A stretch of DNA of 45,207 nucleotides from positions 1 to 45,207 of the IMG/VR virus record IMGVR_UViG_3300037424_001538; one strand, given 5' to 3'. The notes under the pieces are model-generated. The model made no database searches and was not told the DNA's origin. It was given only the letters and a program-made list of their open reading frames with translations. A program made the position numbers and the translations under genes. Of this stretch, positions 36,354-42,636 are shown one piece after another. This stretch comes from a virus (taxonomy: Duplodnaviria; Caudoviricetes). How positions within the stretch are numbered: position 1 is the first letter of the stretch; every line of letters starts with the position of its first letter.

Positions 36354-36868
36354 CAGACCTTGGCGAGAAGATCGGGGTGTGCACGCAGCCACGCTGGTAA
36401 GTCGTCGTCGCTCACGGCCATCAGCTCGTTCTGCAGCTTGGTCGCTTCTGTGTACTCGGTGTACGATGAGATGCCGTTACGGCGCGTAGCATCGTAACGC
36501 ATTTCCCCCAAGCAGTTTCTTACTTGCTCGCGCGTTGGTAAAGGCCGCCCAGCCTCTGCAACTTGCAAAGGTAGAGTCCCGTCGTCTAGGAACCTAACGA
36601 TTATGGTGTGTACCATAGCATACGCTGTGATCCCCAGGTCGTCGCCCTCTAGCTCCACATTGTACTTCCAGGGCAGGGTAGCGTTCACCGAAATAGGCTG
36701 GGTTGGAGTCACCGACACAACCCTCAAACCCAACATGGCGGCCAAAGGGTGAAACAAGTCGGGTCGCTTAAGCACCAGAGTTTGGATCATTGTAGCCCTC
36801 CGCAGATCTTGCACCGACTCGCGGTAGTCAGGTAGTATATCGTTTAGCAAAAGATAAAGGTGCGTCAA
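36353..36868 (-). CDS. Hypothetical protein
   Basis: Coupled at both ends. Confidence 0.55.
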   Translation of the reverse strand: MTHLYLLLNDILPDYRESVQDLRRATMIQTLVLKRPDLFHPLAAMLGLRVVSVTPTQPISVNATLPWKYNVELEGDDLGITAYAMVHTIIVRFLDDGTLPLQVAEAGRPLPTREQVRNCLGEMRYDATRRNGISSYTEYTEATKLQNELMAVSDDDLPAWLRAHPDLLAKV

Positions 36869-37485
36869 TAGAAGTACCTATCAGAATCTTCGGTTGACTG
36901 AACTACCCTGTTCTCGGCGTTCCATACATGTGAGTTGGTCTTGAAGTCGGGTCGCTCAGGCATCTTCTTGGTTACAAATGATGGCTCGAACCACTGCAAT
37001 CGGTTATTTGGTTGAATGGCATAGCACCCATTGTCTAGCTTGATGACGTGACCTCGCTTAAACCCTCCCTCTCCCGACTGCTCGGCGTAGGGCGACCCCT
37101 TCCACGACAAAGTGAACATGTACTCGCCCATTGTCGGCTTGCGCTTGGTTCCTAGCCACACTTTTACACGAAGCTGGCGTAGGGCGGCATATTCATGGGC
37201 CTCGACATCGTAGGAGAAGTTGTTCCAGAGTTCCAAGGTACTCAGGGGCATGTAGGGAGCAGCTGCTTTGTGAACGAGAGCTGAAATGGGCAGCCTTGCG
37301 AACTGCCCACCAAAGTCGGTTAGGATGTCGAACCCCACAGCATGTCCTTCGATCGAGTCAACCCCAAACACCAGACATGGGTGAAACTGCCCCTGGTGGC
37401 TCTCAAGGTTGTAGAGGTACTCAGCTCGTACCAGGGCGTAGAAATGTGGGATGCTGATCGCGAAGGCCATGTTTAGCCACTCCAC
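36865..37485 (-). CDS. Conserved-looking phage hypothetical protein
   Basis: 206 aa; motifs RLPISAL, GEYMFTL, LDNGCYAIQPNNR; function unknown. Confidence 0.65.
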   Translation of the reverse strand: MEWLNMAFAISIPHFYALVRAEYLYNLESHQGQFHPCLVFGVDSIEGHAVGFDILTDFGGQFARLPISALVHKAAAPYMPLSTLELWNNFSYDVEAHEYAALRQLRVKVWLGTKRKPTMGEYMFTLSWKGSPYAEQSGEGGFKRGHVIKLDNGCYAIQPNNRLQWFEPSFVTKKMPERPDFKTNSHVWNAENRVVQSTEDSDRYFY

Positions 37486-37509
37486 ACAGAACCGCCAAAG
37501 CCCTTGGTC

Positions 37510-37764
37510 TTAATCAACTGGATCACCACCTTTCGTTGCAAGGGATATCCGTGTGATGGGTACTCCCTTGATTTGCTCGTAGTACTTGCATGTGTCTATG
37601 AACTGATCAGGGCGTTGATACAGCTTCAGTAACGTGATGTATAGAAAGCCCTCTGGGTCGATCTCCCAGTTATGATCGGGATCGGGATGCCACAGATAGA
37701 CGCGGCTAATCCTTGTCGCCTCGGTGAGAGGATCTTTCCACGTGTCTAGGCTCACTAACAACAA
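37510..37764 (-). CDS. Hypothetical protein
   Basis: TTG start with AGGAGG just upstream. Confidence 0.5.
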   Translation of the reverse strand: MLLVSLDTWKDPLTEATRISRVYLWHPDPDHNWEIDPEGFLYITLLKLYQRPDQFIDTCKYYEQIKGVPITRISLATKGGDPVD

Positions 37765-37844
37765 GGCCTCCTAGGTAAGGAGTGGCTTGGCTGTCTGGGC
37801 TTTTGCCACTCCTCACGTCACATGAGCTTGCGCGAACGTGGCGC

Positions 37845-37978
37845 TGGTTGGGTGCCTTACAACACCAGCATCTCGACACACGGTAGGCAGTTACCCCTCT
37901 CTTCACCCTTCAGGCAGTGCCTTGGGGCGCACTGGAGGTCTGGTCGCCTAGGTCGCAAGCCTTAGCTTAGGGCACCCA
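37845..37978 (-). ncRNA. CCA-terminated structured RNA, unit 5 (134 nt)
   Basis: 5' TGGGTGCC pairs with GGCACCCA, followed by ACCA; internal ACCAG/CTGGT helix and CAGTGC/GCACTG hairpin. Confidence 0.65.
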
Positions 37979-38097
37979 TGGTAGGGACAGTGTGCACCAC
38001 GCGCCTCACTCAGGCGCCTGTTTGACAGCCTCCCAGCCGTCGCGTACGAAGGGCGTGCAAACCCTCTTCTCCTGAAAAGCTACGTAGCACTGTCCCT
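37979..38097 (-). ncRNA. CCA-terminated structured RNA, unit 4 (119 nt)
   Basis: AGGGACAGTG/CACTGTCCCT 10-bp terminal stem plus ACCA; three internal hairpins. Confidence 0.75.
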
Positions 38098-38219
38098 TGG
38101 TAGGGCGATGTGCACCAGACAGACCACCCATGAAGCGGCTTTTGCCACGGCTTTCGACCGTAGCCCCGCGAAGAGCGTGCATCCTCTTCTTGTCGCACGT
38201 GTCTTGCCTGCATCGCCCT
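38098..38219 (-). ncRNA. CCA-terminated structured RNA, unit 3 (122 nt), homologous to unit 4
   Basis: AGGGCGATG/CATCGCCCT 9-bp stem plus ACCA; shares AGAAGAGG..TGCACG..CTTCG and TGGTGCACA with unit 4. Confidence 0.75.
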
Positions 38220-38331
38220 TGGTAGGACACAAGCGAGCGTGTGACCTGCTCCCCTGAGTCACATCTTCTCAACACAAGCAACTGTTCTGGCTTGCTCCTG
38301 TGTACTTTAGGAGCATTTTCGCTTGTGTCCT
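38220..38331 (-). ncRNA. CCA-terminated structured RNA, unit 2 (112 nt)
   Basis: AGGACACAAGCGA/TCGCTTGTGTCCT 13-bp stem plus ACCA; hairpins TGCTCCT/AGGAGCA and TGTGACT/GGTCACA. Confidence 0.75.
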
Positions 38332-38590
38332 TGGTGGAGGGTTATACGATCCCTTCAAACGACTTGTGATCGACGTAGGCCGGGCTCACGCGCACCAGAC
38401 TTCAGTGGGCTGGACCTTTTACGCGTGTACCGACTATTTTACCTGTGCTTACACTGTATGCGTTTCGAGAGTTTGCCGCTCTCCCAGCCTATGCACTCAC
38501 GTCCTAAGACGCTTGGCGACTACCGGAGTAGCCTGTTCTAGACTGGCACGCTACGTCGATCGGGTCCGCGCACACTAGGGAGGATAACCC
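38332..38590 (-). ncRNA. CCA-terminated ornate RNA, unit 1 (about 259 nt)
   Basis: GGGTTAT/ATAACCC, TCCCT/AGGGA and GATCGACGTAG/CTACGTCGATC closing helices, several internal hairpins, 3' end TCCACCA. Confidence 0.65.
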
Positions 38591-38597
38591 AGCGTGC

Positions 38598-38673
38598 TGG
38601 TGGATCACCTAGGATTTGAACCTAGGACCTGCTCGTTATGAGCGAGTTGCTCTAACCACTGAGCTAGTGATCC
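38598..38673 (-). tRNA. tRNA with CAT anticodon (Ile2 or elongator Met)
   Basis: GGATCAC/GTGATCC acceptor, TAGCTCAGTGGTTAGAGCA D-arm, CTCATAA loop, GGTTCAAATCC T-arm, encoded CCA; 76 nt. Confidence 0.92.
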
Positions 38674-38760
38674 TTATTAGACTGCCTGGGCCGCGCCGCT
38701 GGCACGCACAAAAATGACAACGGCGCGGCCTTTAGGACAGCTCCCCGAGCCCACAGGGAG

Positions 38761-38837
38761 TGGTGGAAGTGAAGGGTCTCGAACCCTTGCCTTATGTGCC
38801 TATCGCGCACTTGCTCTGCCGCTTAAGCTACACTTCC
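38761..38837 (-). tRNA. tRNA-Ile(GAT) with atypical anticodon loop
   Basis: GGAAGTG/CACTTCC acceptor plus ACCA; AAGGG-TTCGAGA-CCCTT T-arm; GTGC-GCGATAG-GCAC anticodon arm. Confidence 0.75.
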
Positions 38838-38998
38838 AGCTTGGCTCTCTCACCCGCGATGACGACCAAAACACGCCGCAAAGCCGACTCGACACCAGTA
38901 TTTATGTTGTACAGATTTTTAGGTTCGGTGTCGCTCCTCTTCACCTTGGCGAGCATGTCCTGGACTTCCGCCTCTATCTTACTCAGGACTTCGTCCAT
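38828..38998 (-). CDS. 56-aa hypothetical protein (not in the ORF track)
   Basis: GGAGGAG RBS; MDEVLSKIEAEVQDMLAKV...LEV; its TAG lies inside the 5' end of tRNA-Ile. Confidence 0.55.
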   Translation of the reverse strand: MDEVLSKIEAEVQDMLAKVKRSDTEPKNLYNINTGVESALRRVLVVIAGERAKLEV

Positions 38999-39623
38999 GT
39001 CTCCTCCATGCGGATAACACTACGCCGTAAGTCCACACCATCTCGTACCCCAGAGATATCAGCTGTGCCTCGATCTCCACCGTCTGGGTCATGTATGGAT
39101 CTGCAGCGGTGTGATATTGTACCATCAATACTATAGGTAAAATGCCCTTCGACAACATGTAGGGGATTAAGGTGTATTCATAGCCTTCTATGTTCACCAT
39201 CATAACATCAATGATGGTGATATCCAATTCCTCGAATGCTGTGGCGACGTCACGCACCTTCGCAAGGGCTCGGGCCGGTGGCCCTATTTCGTCATAAGTG
39301 AGGAGTGAGCAACCATCTGTTTCAAAGCCAAATAAGGGAAGGGTCTTATCTTCTGCGCCTAGTGCATAGTCGAGCACCGTGGCTCTGCCGCCTAAAACGC
39401 GCCTGCACACCTCTGCTGCCCACAGTTGAGGCTCGAACACAAAGATTTTGCAGTGGTGCATAAGGGCCATCTGGAGAGCCCACCGGCCTACGTAGCCGCC
39501 TACCTCGACTACAGTCGAGTCTTCGATGAGCGGCCACAGACACGCCCTCATGTCCCACAGATTCGTTGGTGTGGCAAGGGCCTTTTGAATGGACTCTTCG
39601 GCTAACCTATCGTAGTCGTACAT
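38979..39623 (-). CDS. FkbM-family methyltransferase
   Basis: VVEVGGYVG, FVFEP, YALG, IDVMMVNIEGYEY, VQYH. Confidence 0.85.
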   Translation of the reverse strand: MYDYDRLAEESIQKALATPTNLWDMRACLWPLIEDSTVVEVGGYVGRWALQMALMHHCKIFVFEPQLWAAEVCRRVLGGRATVLDYALGAEDKTLPLFGFETDGCSLLTYDEIGPPARALAKVRDVATAFEELDITIIDVMMVNIEGYEYTLIPYMLSKGILPIVLMVQYHTAADPYMTQTVEIEAQLISLGYEMVWTYGVVLSAWRRHGRSPE

Positions 39624-39843
39624 GGATACCTCAGCCGGCTCGGTCGCTTATACTCCACCCCACGACCGAGCCGGTATTAGCTTTCCATCACGTGCACAGC
39701 CCACAGAATGGATTACGACTACCATGAGCCAGTTGCCGGTGGCGCGAAACAATGAGGGCGCGACCAGCGACCAAACCTGAGCGGTCAGGAGTGGCGGAAA
39801 CAAAACCGACTTTATGGCTCTGTGGGTTCAGCATAAGGCACGC

Positions 39844-39930
39844 TTACCGACACTTGGGATTGGTGCAGCTGTCACCACTGAGGAACCAGCCACACTTCGA
39901 ACAGAACTTGACGAGACATTGCCACTTCAT
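39844..39930 (-). CDS. 28-aa zinc-ribbon micro-protein (not in the ORF track)
   Basis: RBS AGGAG; MKWQCLVKFCSKCGWFLSGDSCTNPKCR. Confidence 0.5.
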   Translation of the reverse strand: MKWQCLVKFCSKCGWFLSGDSCTNPKCR

Positions 39931-39964
39931 AACTGCTCCTATGTAATGCTGAAGCGTTGCGTGA

Positions 39965-40061
39965 CCCCCGAAGGGGGAGGATGGACTGAGCGACTCGAAC
40001 GCTCTCGGACAACCTGCTTGCAGGCTCCTTTAACCTGTTGTGTGATCAGCACTCCACCCTC
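39965..40061 (-). ncRNA. tRNA-like element lacking a canonical D/anticodon arm, followed by a UUCG hairpin
   Basis: GAGGGTGGA/TCCATCCTC terminal stem; perfect T-arm GAGCG-TTCGAGT-CGCTC; CCTGC/GCAGG hairpin. Confidence 0.5.
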
Positions 40062-40094
40062 TAAGCATCGCCCGCTCACGCGTTAACGGGTTAG

Positions 40095-40361
40095 CTATTG
40101 ATGCCCTGAAACACCTCTTGGTCGTTGAGACCGAGGGACAGTGGCGGCGCGCTGCTTGACGGGCGTCGCCCTCTGCTCGGCCTCTTCCTCGGTAAGCACG
40201 TTGGTGTCAACGATGTCGACGTTCATGACAGGGATATTGATGACGCGCGTATCGCTCACCCTCATCGAAAGGAGACCGTTTTCGATCTTGGCCTCTGCTG
40301 GGGTCGCGACTCGATAGTTACGGACCTTGCCGCCTCTAAAGGTAACGGCTATGTGGACCAA
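40095..40361 (-). CDS. Hypothetical protein
   Basis: TTG start with GAGGTG RBS; beta-rich small domain. Confidence 0.55.
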   Translation of the reverse strand: MVHIAVTFRGGKVRNYRVATPAEAKIENGLLSMRVSDTRVINIPVMNVDIVDTNVLTEEEAEQRATPVKQRAATVPRSQRPRGVSGHQ

Positions 40362-40593
40362 ATCAGCACCTCTTGTGAGTCTACTAACCGTTAGCGCCGG
40401 AGTATCGGCCAGGACCTTCGGCGCTAACGACTAGCAAGGAGGGCACCCGATGAATGCTGGTGTGTAGGCTCCGTGGGCGGCGAATCTCACGCACGCCCCG
40501 AGCCTCTTGAACCGTGTGTAGACGGTCAAGCTAGGCAGCAAACTGGCCATCACCCCGCGTCCAGCCGGCGCCTAGCTTGACCTTCGGCTGATG

Positions 40594-41064
40594 CTAGGCC
40601 TCGACGTCCTCGAGCTCCGCTTCGTCCAGGATGCCCTCGAGCTCTTCGTCGATCTCGGCCACCGGCTCCGATGCGCCGTTCTGCCCGGCCGCTGCCAGCT
40701 TCTCTTCGCGCAGCTTGGCCTTGCGGGCCTTCTGGTAGGCATAGTTGCTGGCGTAGGCGCTGACCATCTCGATGCCACGGGATTCCAGCAACGACTTGAC
40801 CTCGGCGAAGTCCTCGGCCTTGACGCGGATCTTGTAGGCCTTGCCGCTGCCGGTCTGGCTGGTCTGGCGCGCCGAGCTCTTGGCGAGGTAGGCGTCGCAC
40901 GCGGCCTGGGTGATGCGCCACTGCGGCATGTCGGTGCCCGCGATGACGGTCTTCTCGCCTGCCAGCGACTCCTTGTGGAGCAGCTGCCGCACGTACTGCG
41001 GGTCCTTGTCCATGTAGGCCGCAGCCTCTTTGACGGTGAACGTCTGGATCTGATTCTTAGCCAT
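40594..41064 (-). CDS. HTH DNA-binding protein with acidic tail (probable abundant early protein)
   Basis: FTVKEAAAYMDKDPQYVRQLL...WRI; AGGAGG RBS; own promoter; strong G/C third-position bias. Confidence 0.75.
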   Translation of the reverse strand: MAKNQIQTFTVKEAAAYMDKDPQYVRQLLHKESLAGEKTVIAGTDMPQWRITQAACDAYLAKSSARQTSQTGSGKAYKIRVKAEDFAEVKSLLESRGIEMVSAYASNYAYQKARKAKLREEKLAAAGQNGASEPVAEIDEELEGILDEAELEDVEA

Positions 41065-41124
41065 GGTGTACATCCTCCTGATGTGTGTTGTGAGTGTTGC
41101 CACCCTGTTTTTTAATCTATCTCT

Positions 41125-41153
41125 ATTATATAGCAGATTTGATTGAATGGCAA
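41125..41153 (-). promoter_or_regulatory. sigma70 promoter TTGCCA-N17-TATAAT
   Basis: Exact spacing; nearest recognisable promoter upstream of the tRNA/ncRNA region. Confidence 0.8.
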
Positions 41154-41206
41154 GTGCATGTTTGCTATTGGTGTAGCCTATAGCTCTAAGTGGCTAAGTA
41201 GGAATC

Positions 41207-41728
41207 TCATTCAACCTTAGCGTGTTTGGAACCATTGCACGACTTGCACAGTAGCTGCAGATTGGTAATGCTATGCGCACCACCTTTGCTCAGAGGGACA
41301 ATATGATCAATAGTGGAATCGGCTTCTCTGCCACACCTTGGACAAATACCACTCCAAGTCATTAGCATTTCTAGCAATGCCTTTGAGGTGACTGTACCAT
41401 CGCTGGACGAGACCCTGAGTGCGCGACGCTTGTGGTCACTCGCCTTCTTTACATGTGGGTTGTCTTTGACGTACTGTTTGATGCGCTCTTTGTTCTCCTC
41501 ATAGTACGTCTTGTCGTGTCGCTTATAACTCTCTTTGTTTGCTTTGTAGTACGTCTCGGCGCGTCGCTTATAACTCTCTTTGTTTGCTTCGTAGTATTGT
41601 TTGTGGCACTCTTTACACTGAGAGTTCAGTCCGTCCGGTTGTTTGGCATTCTTACTGTACTTATCAGGGGGTTTAGGTGCTCTGCACCTATTACAAGTTT
41701 TCAGCCCCGTTATTGGGTCGAGTCTCAT
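41207..41728 (-). CDS. HNH endonuclease with N-terminal zinc finger
   Basis: CNRC...CKEC; CPRCG...TIDHIVPLSKGGAHSITNLQLLCKSCNGSK. Confidence 0.92.
   Translation of the reverse strand: MRLDPITGLKTCNRCRAPKPPDKYSKNAKQPDGLNSQCKECHKQYYEANKESYKRRAETYYKANKESYKRHDKTYYEENKERIKQYVKDNPHVKKASDHKRRALRVSSSDGTVTSKALLEMLMTWSGICPRCGREADSTIDHIVPLSKGGAHSITNLQLLCKSCNGSKHAKVE
41518..41596. repeat. 45-bp-period tandem repeat inside the HNH gene
   Basis: GTCGCTTATAACTCTCTTTGTTTGCTT(T/C)GTAGTA at 41518 and 41563; encodes YY(E/K)ANKESYKR twice, with a third degenerate copy. Confidence 0.85.
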
Positions 41729-41734
41729 ACCAAT

Positions 41735-41763
41735 ATTATAACACAGAATTGCAATTTTGTCAA
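41735..41763 (-). promoter_or_regulatory. Consensus sigma70 promoter TTGACA-N17-TATAAT, leaderless
   Basis: Perfect consensus; HNH ATG lies 6 nt after the -10 box, with no RBS. Confidence 0.85.
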
Positions 41764-41925
41764 GTTCATCATTTCCTTTTGTATTACTAGGATTCTAGGC
41801 CTTTGAACAAGTAATTTGCCCGGTGTATATAATGGCAATTAATGTGTTAACATTAAATGCTAATACAAAAGATGGCGCCAAATGCGAGTACCAAAGCCTA
41901 GAGTCCTGAAATACGTTAACAATTA

Positions 41926-42636
41926 CTATGCACCTCGCCAATCGTCCTCCGCCTGAGCATAACCTTCAGGGGTACCGATATCTTTGAGGTATCCTGTGGC
42001 TAGCCTACCGTATACAAACATACCCCTCTCTATCAGACGTGGGATAACGTCGAGGCTGAAGTCGCTGATGCCTTGGGGTATGAATGGTAGGATTGCAGGC
42101 TCGCAGATGTATAGGCCTGCATTAGACAAGTTGCTGCCGGTCCAAAACTGGGGCTTCTCAACCAGACTGAGTACTCTGCCTGGGGGGGCGATCTCGACCA
42201 TGCCTCTACCTCGGTAGTCAGAGGAACTCTTCAAAGCTATGGTTAGATCGGATCGTTTCCGATAGTGGAAACGAACCAAGTCACTCAGATCGATGTCGAT
42301 CAGCATGTCGCCGTAGATCACCAGGAATGACTCCCTAAGCCACTCAGGATGGTTGTCGACTATGCGCCTTATGGCGCCCGACGTCCCTAGAAGTGAAGAC
42401 TCGTAGGAGAAGTGAATGCGTACTCCTGGAACAGGGTCTTTGTCCAGAACATCCCAGATGACTGCAGGTAAGTGATGCAGGTTGATGATCGCATCCGTTA
42501 TGCCCTGGGTCTTGAGCCAGTCAAGGGTTCTGAGCAGCAGCGGTCGTCCACCAATAGTCAGAACCGCCTTCGGACAGGTATAGGTGACAGGTCTCATTCG
42601 CGTACCTTCGCCAGCGGCTAGGATGATCGCCTTCAT
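41926..42636 (-). CDS. Sugar-1-phosphate nucleotidyltransferase (HddC/GMPP-like)
   Basis: MKAIILAAGEGTRMRPVT...PKA, LLGTSGAI, VIYGD, EKP, NAGLY, DIGTPEGY. Confidence 0.9.
   Translation of the reverse strand: MKAIILAAGEGTRMRPVTYTCPKAVLTIGGRPLLLRTLDWLKTQGITDAIINLHHLPAVIWDVLDKDPVPGVRIHFSYESSLLGTSGAIRRIVDNHPEWLRESFLVIYGDMLIDIDLSDLVRFHYRKRSDLTIALKSSSDYRGRGMVEIAPPGRVLSLVEKPQFWTGSNLSNAGLYICEPAILPFIPQGISDFSLDVIPRLIERGMFVYGRLATGYLKDIGTPEGYAQAEDDWRGA

Noticed and set aside
37706-38578. Short ORFs in the track across the RNA array
   Set aside because: No convincing RBS, overlapping on both strands, unnatural composition; better explained by RNA structure.
37845-38590. CRISPR array (regular ~120-bp periodicity with TGGTAGG)
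   Set aside because: The shared sequence is only 4-8 bp and each unit is closed by its own distinct inverted repeat; there is no 23-50-bp direct repeat and no cas operon.
38332-38590. tmRNA or RNase P RNA
   Set aside because: It ends in CTCCACCA like tmRNA, but has no T-arm, no G3-U70 acceptor and no evident tag ORF; it lacks the RNase P GAGGAAAGUCC region.
40440-40530. Group II intron domain V/VI
   Set aside because: The hairpin lacks a convincing catalytic triad and DV geometry, and no RT/maturase is present.
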